Shown here one piece after another: positions 18,153-26,356 of a stretch of 64,000 nt of DNA (position 1 is the first letter of the stretch; every line of letters starts with the position of its first letter). Source of the DNA: Candidatus Cloacimonadota bacterium (lineage in GTDB: Bacteria > Cloacimonadota > Cloacimonadia > JGIOTU-2). A program made the translations under genes and the position numbers. The stretch lies in assembly GCA_049903315.1 (NCBI GenBank), contig JBNGBT010000002.1, positions 128,001 to 192,000 of the forward strand, in the 5' to 3' direction. The notes under the pieces are model-generated. The model saw nothing but the letters and a program-made list of their open reading frames with translations, did no database searches and had not been told where the DNA came from.

Positions 18153-19556
18153 ATGGATAGAATTTTAATAGTCGATGATGATAAAGACCTTCAACAAACT
18201 CTCTCAGTTATTTTAGAGAGCGAAGGATATGAAATTTTTTCTGCGGAAACCGGGAAAAAAGCGATAACAGAAATTCAAGAAAAGCTGCCGAATGTTGTTC
18301 TTCTGGATATGAGACTTCCTGATATGAATGGGATGAAGATTTTAGAAAAATTAAAAAATATAATTCCAGAATTTGATTGTCCCATCATCATTCTTACTGC
18401 TTTTGGAGATATTCAAAGCGCGATCACATCCATGAAACTGGGCGCTTTCGACTACATTACAAAACCATTTGACAATGACGAGTTGCTACTCACAATCCAG
18501 AAAGCATTGAAATCCCAAAAACTTTCCAAAGAAGTAAAAATCCTGAGGGAAAAACTTAAAGACAAAATAGCTGCTGAAACAGAAATGGGAACATCAGTTC
18601 AAATACAGCAGATATTAAAAAAAGTTGAGGTAATCGCTCCCACAAATATGAGTGTGATCATACAAGGGAAAACAGGCACAGGTAAAGAAGTCATTGCAAA
18701 TCTGATCCACCGAAAAAGTCTGAGAAAAGATAAACCTTTTGTTCCAATTGATTGCGGTGCGATTCCTGAGAATCTTATTGAGAGCGAGCTTTTTGGGTAT
18801 GAAAAAGGCGCGTTCACAGGTGCCGATATTGCTAAAAAAGGGAAGTTTGAACTCGCTGATAAAGGAACTCTCTTTCTGGATGAAATAACGAATCTTCCGG
18901 AAGCTGCTCAAGCAAAATTTCTCAGAGCATTAGAAGAGAGGGAAATTCATCACCTCGGCGGCAAAAAACCAATAAAGATTGATGTAAGAATTATTACAGC
19001 TTCAAATACTGACTTGCCGGAAGCAGTAGGTCAACGAATGTTCAGGGAGGATCTCTATCATAGACTTAACGAGTTCAAGATCAAACTCCCCCTGCTCAAA
19101 GAACGAGAGAACGATATCCCGATCTTAGCGAATATTTTTCTCAAAGAAGCAAACGAAGAACTCAATAAGAACATTGAAGGTTTCTCTACATCAGCAATAA
19201 AAATGCTCATGAATTATTCCTGGCCCGGGAATGTGCGCGAACTCAAGAATGTGACAAAACGGGCAGTACTTCTGGAAGATGGAAAACAGATATCTGCTGA
19301 AACACTCGAATTTGAGGATATGAGAAAATCCAAAAGCTCAAAAAAAGAATCCATCAAGCATTATACAAAAAAGATATTGGAGCAGGATTATTCGCTAAAA
19401 GATATAACTACAAAACTCAATAAAGATATCGAAAAAGAAATCATAAAAAATGTTCTGGAAGAAGTGCATTATAATAAATCAAAAGCAGCAGAAGTTTTAG
19501 AGATTGATAGAAATACACTCTATACAAAAATTAAGGATCTCGGAATAGAATTATAG
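18153..19556 (+). CDS. Sigma54-dependent NtrC/AtoC-family response regulator
   Basis: REC, GKTGTGKE, ESELFGYEKGAFTGA, LFLDEI, WPGNVREL, Fis-type HTH. Confidence 0.93.
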   Translation: MDRILIVDDDKDLQQTLSVILESEGYEIFSAETGKKAITEIQEKLPNVVLLDMRLPDMNGMKILEKLKNIIPEFDCPIIILTAFGDIQSAITSMKLGAFDYITKPFDNDELLLTIQKALKSQKLSKEVKILREKLKDKIAAETEMGTSVQIQQILKKVEVIAPTNMSVIIQGKTGTGKEVIANLIHRKSLRKDKPFVPIDCGAIPENLIESELFGYEKGAFTGADIAKKGKFELADKGTLFLDEITNLPEAAQAKFLRALEEREIHHLGGKKPIKIDVRIITASNTDLPEAVGQRMFREDLYHRLNEFKIKLPLLKERENDIPILANIFLKEANEELNKNIEGFSTSAIKMLMNYSWPGNVRELKNVTKRAVLLEDGKQISAETLEFEDMRKSKSSKKESIKHYTKKILEQDYSLKDITTKLNKDIEKEIIKNVLEEVHYNKSKAAEVLEIDRNTLYTKIKDLGIEL

Positions 19557-19565
19557 TTTACATAT

Positions 19566-19604
19566 TGCGTAATTAATAATACAAAGTGCGGAATTAATTC
19601 AGCA
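19566..19604 (+). promoter_or_regulatory. Tandem 18-bp dyad sites, putative enhancer (UAS)
   Basis: TGCGTAATTAATAATACA (19566-19583) and TGCGGAATTAATTCAGCA (19587-19604); same 21-bp pitch as 16872-16910. Confidence 0.65.
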
Positions 19605-19744
19605 AAACCTCATTCATCCTATCCATCATCACTATAAACGCAGAAAAAACACTATTTTTATTTACGACCTAATTGGCAACTATGAGGGAGGTTACACAAC
19701 AATTCAAATCGATTCAGTAAATATTTTCGGGATTTGGGTGGTTT

Positions 19745-19760
19745 TGGCACAAAAAGTGCC
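19745..19760 (+). promoter_or_regulatory. Putative sigma54 -24/-12 promoter
   Basis: TGGCAC-AAAAA-GTGC with GG-N10-GC spacing, about 140 bp downstream of the UAS. Confidence 0.55.
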
Positions 19761-19771
19761 TTAAATATTAT

Positions 19772-20149
19772 ATGATTAAAAATAAACATATGATATTCCT
19801 TCTAGAAGATTCAGCATATCAAAGAGATCAGATCATTGAAACTCTCAAAAAAGCAGATAGAAAGATAATTTATGCTGGAACGATCCGTAAAGCCAAGAAT
19901 CTCTATGACAGCAATATCTCTGCGATAGATTTGTTCATTCTCGATCTGAAACTCCCCGATGGAAATGGGATGGATTTCCTTCAACGTGTCCGAGATACCT
20001 TACATGATACACCTGTAATAATTACGAGTGCTACAATAACAGACACCATTCGAGAACAAGCAAAAAGGCTGAAAGTCAATACATTTTTCGAAAAACCAGT
20101 GATCATGGATAACCTTGAACAGGCAGTGAGAAGTGTGTTGCATTCATAA
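19772..20149 (+). CDS. Single-domain response regulator
   Basis: LLEDS, FILDLKLPDGNG, ITSA, FEKP. Confidence 0.85.
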   Translation: MIKNKHMIFLLEDSAYQRDQIIETLKKADRKIIYAGTIRKAKNLYDSNISAIDLFILDLKLPDGNGMDFLQRVRDTLHDTPVIITSATITDTIREQAKRLKVNTFFEKPVIMDNLEQAVRSVLHS

Positions 20150-20279
20150 GAAGACTATGGCACAAATTCTTGCTACGTTTGAGCTTCAGAGTAACAAAAC
20201 TCAAGAACTGAAGAAATTAATTTTAATGAAATAAAATAATCCGCCTTTTTTATGATGGCGTAATACAATGGAGAAAAAA

Positions 20280-23090
20280 ATGAATAGAAAGCATCACTTC
20301 TTAAATTGGAATGGTTTTATGGTGGGTTTGTTTATAGTAGTTATCCTTCCATCCACAGTTATTGGTGCTACATTTTATGTTGCTTCAAATGGTACAAATA
20401 CATCACCATATGATACTTGGACGAAAGCTGCAACCAGTATTCAAACAGCAATTGACGCTGCAAGTGATAATGATGATGTTACCGTTGGCAGCAGCGGTGT
20501 TGGGCATGGTTCAGGAACCTATACAGAGAATATTACAGTAAATAAAGAGGTAACTATTCAGTCTGAAAATGGAAATAGTACGACAACGATCCAGGCATCA
20601 GACTCAAACTCACACGTTTTCGAAGTTACAAGCAGCTACGCAACAATAAATGGATTCTCGATCTATGGTGCTACCGAATGGGAAAAAGCGGGAATATACC
20701 TTGAAAATGTAACAAATTGTACTATACAAAACAACCGATGCGGTTGGGATGGAAGCCATCAAAACATGAAGGGAATCTATTTAGTTAATTCAGATGAGTG
20801 TACTCTATATAATAATACTGCAAGTTACAACAGTGGTGAAGGAATACATCTTAATTCATCCTGTGATAGTAATGAACTCACTGATAATACCGCAACGTAC
20901 AACACTGGTGATGGTATTTCATTGGCATCCTCTTCGAGTAATACTTTAGATAGCAACACAGCTAGTAATAATGGTGCAGATGGTTTTCATGTCGTGCCAT
21001 CATGTAGTAGCAACACCTTTGAAGATAATACTGCGAATAATAATGGTCAGCATGGTATGCTTATTGTTGCATCATCAACTAATACTTTTACTGGTAATAC
21101 ATGCAGTAATAATTCTTCTGGGAATGGTATATACATCGTAACTTCCTCAAACAATAACACGCTTACAACTAACACTGTCGATAGCAATGGGGGAAACGGA
21201 ATAATTATAGAAAACAGTACAGGAAATACTTTGACTTCCAATGCTGGAACTCATAATCAATTTGGTATATTTGTAACGGGATCTTCAAATAATACGTTTA
21301 CATCTAATACAATGAATGACAATGACGGACGTGTTGATGGAGATGGAATCATGCTCACTGAATCTTCGGATTGTCTCATTCTCAACAACACGTTTAATGA
21401 CAATCCTGGTGATGGTATTGAGTTTTATAACTCGTCGAACAATACTATAAAGGGAAATACGCTTGATACGAGTGGAGATCCTGATCCCGGAGCATCAATG
21501 AGAATAAATTACTATTCTTCCAATAACGTCATTGTAAATAACACGGTGATAAATGGCAGTAAAGGTATTGTATTGGAGGAAGTTTCAAATTACAATTCAG
21601 TAGCGCACAACACGGTCTATGGGCATACTGAAGATGGAATTGAATTTTACGAAAATTCATCATATAATATTGTTATGAGAAATTCTATAAGTAATAATGT
21701 TTATAATGGTGTCTGGCTTCCTTTGGTAGGTCCCCCACAGGGTCCGGCAGGAAATTATAATCAAATTTATCTGAACAATTTTGTTAATAATTCAGATGGG
21801 AATATTTTTTCAGAAATGACAACCACTACCTGGCATGCTCCTGCAAAGATGTATTATGATTACGATAACGGTACGTATAATAAAGATTATCTTGGTAATT
21901 ACTACGACGATGGGAATCATTCAGGCAGCTATGGATTAGGTGGAACGTATACGATTGCCAATGATAATAATGATGATTACCAATTAATAAAAACCTGTGA
22001 TAATTATTCTCTTCAAGCCTGGTGGTTGAGTGGTGATAATACGATGCATGGGAATGATGTTACTCAATTAGGAAGTGAACTAACGATCAATGGTGAAGAT
22101 AACAATATTTGGATCGCTAATCTTTCAGCAACAGCACAAATGAATTTTCCGGGAAGTGATACCTGGACAGGGCAGCTGGTTTTCAGCGTAGCCCCTACAA
22201 ATGGACATACATTCACTGTTGAAATGGGTTATTCAACTAATGGGAGTGACTTTACCGCTGGTGGACCTGATGCTACTGTTACTGCAGATGGAAGTTCTCG
22301 AATATATACCTTTGCTACTGATGCAAGCGCTTTTTCTGTAACAATAGGTAAGTATTTGGCTCTTAGAATAACAAATAATAATACAGGTTCTGATTATGAT
22401 CTCATGACAGGTGGTGCCTGGAGTTATTGCTCCTCTCCAGATGGGAGCTCAGAATATACTCTCCCGGTTATCCTCTCAGCTTTCACTGCCCAATTAATAG
22501 AGAACACTCCAACTCTTTACTGGACTACTCAATCCGAGACAGATAATATGGGTTGGCTGGTGTATCGTAATGATGAAGAAGATTTCCCAACAGCAACACT
22601 ACTTACCGATGAAATTATTCCCGGACACGGTACAACTACAGAGCCGAGTTATTATAATTATGAAGATGGAGAAAGCCTGGGAATAGGTCAAACCTATTAT
22701 TACTGGCTGGAGAGCATTGATTACTGTGGTATCTCCCAAGTGTACAGCAGAGTAGCACAAATTACAATTCCCGATCCTTCAATAAATCCCCCAAACATCG
22801 AGCCGCCAATTGTATATGATTTCAAGAATGTGCCGAATCCTGTAAACGGCAGTACAAAATTCCAGTTCACTCTGGATAAAACAAGTTTGGTAACGATCTC
22901 GATTTACAATATTTTAGGTGAGGTAGTACAGACTCTCCCCGCAGTAATGACACAACCAGATGAAAACTCGCACATTTACTGGAACGGCAAAGACAGTAGC
23001 GGCAAAGAACTCACACCCGGTGTCTATTTCTACAACCTGATAATAAATGGCAAAACCGCAGAAACGAAGAAATTAATTTTGATGAAATAG
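20280..23090 (+). CDS. Secreted parallel beta-helix (NosD/pectin lyase-like repeat) protein with LPV Ig-like and sorting domains
   Basis: Signal peptide; many GI.L..S..N.L..N...N repeats; TLPVILSAFTA; ETKKLILMK end; start may be 20268. Confidence 0.85.
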   Translation: MNRKHHFLNWNGFMVGLFIVVILPSTVIGATFYVASNGTNTSPYDTWTKAATSIQTAIDAASDNDDVTVGSSGVGHGSGTYTENITVNKEVTIQSENGNSTTTIQASDSNSHVFEVTSSYATINGFSIYGATEWEKAGIYLENVTNCTIQNNRCGWDGSHQNMKGIYLVNSDECTLYNNTASYNSGEGIHLNSSCDSNELTDNTATYNTGDGISLASSSSNTLDSNTASNNGADGFHVVPSCSSNTFEDNTANNNGQHGMLIVASSTNTFTGNTCSNNSSGNGIYIVTSSNNNTLTTNTVDSNGGNGIIIENSTGNTLTSNAGTHNQFGIFVTGSSNNTFTSNTMNDNDGRVDGDGIMLTESSDCLILNNTFNDNPGDGIEFYNSSNNTIKGNTLDTSGDPDPGASMRINYYSSNNVIVNNTVINGSKGIVLEEVSNYNSVAHNTVYGHTEDGIEFYENSSYNIVMRNSISNNVYNGVWLPLVGPPQGPAGNYNQIYLNNFVNNSDGNIFSEMTTTTWHAPAKMYYDYDNGTYNKDYLGNYYDDGNHSGSYGLGGTYTIANDNNDDYQLIKTCDNYSLQAWWLSGDNTMHGNDVTQLGSELTINGEDNNIWIANLSATAQMNFPGSDTWTGQLVFSVAPTNGHTFTVEMGYSTNGSDFTAGGPDATVTADGSSRIYTFATDASAFSVTIGKYLALRITNNNTGSDYDLMTGGAWSYCSSPDGSSEYTLPVILSAFTAQLIENTPTLYWTTQSETDNMGWLVYRNDEEDFPTATLLTDEIIPGHGTTTEPSYYNYEDGESLGIGQTYYYWLESIDYCGISQVYSRVAQITIPDPSINPPNIEPPIVYDFKNVPNPVNGSTKFQFTLDKTSLVTISIYNILGEVVQTLPAVMTQPDENSHIYWNGKDSSGKELTPGVYFYNLIINGKTAETKKLILMK

Positions 23091-23096
23091 AAAAAT

Positions 23097-23224
23097 GTAG
23101 CGGCTGAACATGTTCAGCCCTTGCGGAAAAAAATGAAAAAAAATAATAAAAAAACAGACGGCCTTCATCCCGATTTGTCGGGACGGCGCGGAAGCCCGCC
23201 TTCATTACATGACGGCGCGGCAAG
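23097..23224. repeat. REP-like cluster: GTAG-headed palindrome and tandem GCCTTCAT..GACGGCGCGG units
   Basis: GGCTGAACATGTTCAGCC perfect palindrome 23102-23119; units at 23161-23191 and 23198-23224. Confidence 0.7.
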
Positions 23225-23237
23225 AAAGGAAAAGAAA

Positions 23238-26120
23238 ATGTTGAAAAAAACAAAATTAGTTCTCGGATTTACGCTGATAATGTTATTAGCAATGAGCACA
23301 GGATTGATGGCTGGGACTTACAGCGGTGGAACAGGAGCAGATGCTGATCATGCATATCTAATTTCAAATACAGATGATTTAATTGAACTAAGCACAACTT
23401 CAGGCGACTGGAGTGCATATTTCAAGCAAACTGAAAATATCGCTTTTGACGCAAATGAACAAAATGTAGATTGGGACGGTGATGGCTCTGCTAATTGGGA
23501 TACAGAAGATCAACTGGGCTTTTCTCCAATAGGCAACATTACAATAGCATTTAGAGGCTCCTATGATGGTGATGGACATATAATTGATAATCTCTTCATC
23601 AATCGCCCATTAAGCGATTATCAAGGTCTTTTTGGTTATTTTCATGGACATGGATCCACTACAGAAATTCAAGGACTTGGTCTAACAAATGTAGATATTA
23701 CTGGCAATGATTATGTCGGAGGTCTGGTTGGATATAATGAATATTCTACAATAAGTAAAAGTTATTGCATCGGTGATATTAGCGGAGGAATAGATGTAGG
23801 TGGATTGATTGGGCATTCCTACTTCAACAACACTATAATTAACAATTGTTACAGCTCTGGATCGGTAGAAGGTACTAATGAAGTAGGTGGACTTGTAGGA
23901 TATCATCGTACAAATGCTTCAATAACTAATTCTTACAGCCATAGTAATGTAACCCGTTCCAGTGGAACTAACAATGACTTCGGAGGGTTTTGTGGGTTTA
24001 TTCATTATTCCACGGTTGAAAACTGTTATTCTACAGGGGATGTAATCTATTCATCTGGTGGTAATCCATCAGATAAAGGTTTTATTGGACGAATAGGCAC
24101 AGGATATACATTTAACAATAACTTTTTCGATAGCGAAGCTTCCAATCAAACTTACGATAATGAGGATCATTCAACAGTAACTACAGCAACTGCTAAAACC
24201 ACAGCAGAGATGAAAAATGTTTCTACATTTACCAGTTGGGATTTTGATGTTGATGGAGTAAGTGCAGGTCATAATGGAGTTTGGATAATGGCTGGTTATC
24301 CGCATCTTCAAATGGAATGGTCGGCAACTGTTTCCACTCTTGAAGAAATACAAATGGTGGTTCTCGATGTTGATGCCACTTATACCCAATCAGCGAATAT
24401 TGATGCCTCAGCAACAAGCACATGGAATTATAACGGATCAACTTATGATGGCTTTTCACCCATTGGAAACAGCACAACAAAGTTTACGGGTAGCTTAAAT
24501 GGACAATCTTATAATATTACTAATTTATTCATCGACAGGGATGCAACCGATTACATAGGTTTATTTGGCTGTCTTGAAGGTGCCCAAATTGACAATATTA
24601 ACCTGGTATCTGTAGATATTACCGGAAATGATTTTACAGGTGGCTTCGCAGGCCAGATTCTTATTAATTCTGACATTAATGATTGTAGTGTATCCGGCTC
24701 TGTTAGCGGTCAAGAGCATACAGGTGGTTTTGTTGGTGATGTTTATCAGGCAGCCACAATAGATAACTGCTCTGCAAACGTAACTACAAGTGGAACATCG
24801 GATGTTGGGGGCTTTGCAGGAAGAAATTATAATAATAACAATACTGATATCAATAAACCCCACATTACGAATTCATTTTCATCGGGTAATGTAACTGGAA
24901 GCGCAAGAAATATAGGCGGTTTTGTAGGCTGGAATACCGGTATAATCTCAGAATGCTACGCCACAGGTTCTACGGATGGAACAAGCTTAACAGAAAGCAG
25001 GATCGGTGGTTTTGTAGGAGGAATTGCTTATTATGAAAGCAGTACTGGAAAGATTGATAATTGCTATAGCACGGGTGATGTGAGTACGGATGGTACTAAT
25101 CTTGGAGCTACACATGGTATCGGTGGCTTTGTAGGAACATACTATTCTGGCGGAGAAATTACCAAGTCATATTCAACCGGAAGTATACCCCAGGTTGGCT
25201 CATATTATGGTGGTTTTTGTGGCAGATTTCCAGCTGGTACTTCATCCAATAATTTCTTTGATAAAACAACAGCAGGTGTGACCACCGATCCCTCAGGTGC
25301 ATTAGGAAAAACCACATCAGAGATGACTACTGACGCCCTGGTATATAATTATACCACCAATATCTATTTGTCCGCAGGCTGGGATTTTAAAGGCGAATCC
25401 ACAAATGGTACTGATAACATCTGGAATATCGGCAATAGCAGAAATAATGGCTATCCATATCTCGATTGGGAATATCCAAGCGATCATGCAACCCTCCCTG
25501 TTGTCCTCTCTTCTTTCACTGCCCAATTCATAGAAAATACACCAACCCTTTACTGGACTACTCAATCTGAGACTGATAATATGGGCTGGTTTGTATATCG
25601 TGGTGAAGAGAATGATTTTACTTCATCAGAAGTTATATCAGAATTTATCGAGGGACACGGCACGACAACACAGCAACAATCGTATTTGTATGAAGACGAC
25701 ATTGAGAATCCTGAAGTTGGTGATACATATTATTACTGGCTTGAGAGCATAGATTATGGTGGAATCATCAATCATTATGACAACGTAGCGATTCTTACTA
25801 TTCCAGATAATCATGGTTCAACGAATAATCTTATTCCCAAACCAGAGCGTTTTGGACTTCTGCAAAATGAGCCAAATCCAGTAATCAATTCCACACGAAT
25901 AGCATTTAATCTCACAGAAATAGCCAAAATTGATCTTACAATCTATAACCTTAAGGGACAGATTGTGAAGAAACTCTATTCTGGCAACACTTCAAAACAT
26001 ACAGTCATGTGGGATGGGAAAGATGAACAGGGCACAGAATTGAATAATGGCGTATATTTATATAGATTACTCGTAAATGGTAAAACAGCAGAAACGAAGA
26101 AATTAATTTTGATGAAATGA
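23238..26120 (+). CDS. Secreted GLUG-repeat protein (two tandem GLUG units) with LPV Ig-like and sorting domains
   Basis: ATG 23238 after AAGGA; signal peptide; two GFSPIGN...F.GS..G...I.NLFI.R...Y.GLFG units; ETKKLILMK end. Confidence 0.85.
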   Translation: MLKKTKLVLGFTLIMLLAMSTGLMAGTYSGGTGADADHAYLISNTDDLIELSTTSGDWSAYFKQTENIAFDANEQNVDWDGDGSANWDTEDQLGFSPIGNITIAFRGSYDGDGHIIDNLFINRPLSDYQGLFGYFHGHGSTTEIQGLGLTNVDITGNDYVGGLVGYNEYSTISKSYCIGDISGGIDVGGLIGHSYFNNTIINNCYSSGSVEGTNEVGGLVGYHRTNASITNSYSHSNVTRSSGTNNDFGGFCGFIHYSTVENCYSTGDVIYSSGGNPSDKGFIGRIGTGYTFNNNFFDSEASNQTYDNEDHSTVTTATAKTTAEMKNVSTFTSWDFDVDGVSAGHNGVWIMAGYPHLQMEWSATVSTLEEIQMVVLDVDATYTQSANIDASATSTWNYNGSTYDGFSPIGNSTTKFTGSLNGQSYNITNLFIDRDATDYIGLFGCLEGAQIDNINLVSVDITGNDFTGGFAGQILINSDINDCSVSGSVSGQEHTGGFVGDVYQAATIDNCSANVTTSGTSDVGGFAGRNYNNNNTDINKPHITNSFSSGNVTGSARNIGGFVGWNTGIISECYATGSTDGTSLTESRIGGFVGGIAYYESSTGKIDNCYSTGDVSTDGTNLGATHGIGGFVGTYYSGGEITKSYSTGSIPQVGSYYGGFCGRFPAGTSSNNFFDKTTAGVTTDPSGALGKTTSEMTTDALVYNYTTNIYLSAGWDFKGESTNGTDNIWNIGNSRNNGYPYLDWEYPSDHATLPVVLSSFTAQFIENTPTLYWTTQSETDNMGWFVYRGEENDFTSSEVISEFIEGHGTTTQQQSYLYEDDIENPEVGDTYYYWLESIDYGGIINHYDNVAILTIPDNHGSTNNLIPKPERFGLLQNEPNPVINSTRIAFNLTEIAKIDLTIYNLKGQIVKKLYSGNTSKHTVMWDGKDEQGTELNNGVYLYRLLVNGKTAETKKLILMK

Positions 26121-26152
26121 AGAAACAGCAAATTTTGTTGAGATAGTGGGTT

Positions 26153-26344
26153 TTGCAGAGAGAGTCATATATCTCTCTACACGCCAATGGAGAAATAGTG
26201 GAAAAGAAGTTCGAATATAATTTAATGGTGATCAAAGTGACTATAGAAGAGCTCATATCTGAATTCAACGGAACATACACATTAGACAGGAAAAATGGAA
26301 CTAGTTTTAAACTATCTATACCCAAAATCAGTCAAAGGACTTGA
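26153..26344 (+). pseudogene. Possible remnant of a histidine kinase HATPase C-terminus
   Basis: ELISEFNGTYTLDRKNGTSFKLSIP resembles the last helix and strands of HisKA_2-type kinases; no N/G boxes. Confidence 0.4.
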
Positions 26345-26356
26345 GAAAGAATTAAT

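Noticed and set aside
20700..21800. Asn/Ser/Thr-rich periodicity as a DNA tandem repeat or diversity-generating target
   Set aside because: Explained by protein-level beta-helix repeats; no near-identical DNA template/variable pair or reverse transcriptase in the window.
23121..23237. N-terminal extension of the 999-aa ORF
   Set aside because: It translates REP-like repeats; the RBS and signal peptide point to ATG 23238.
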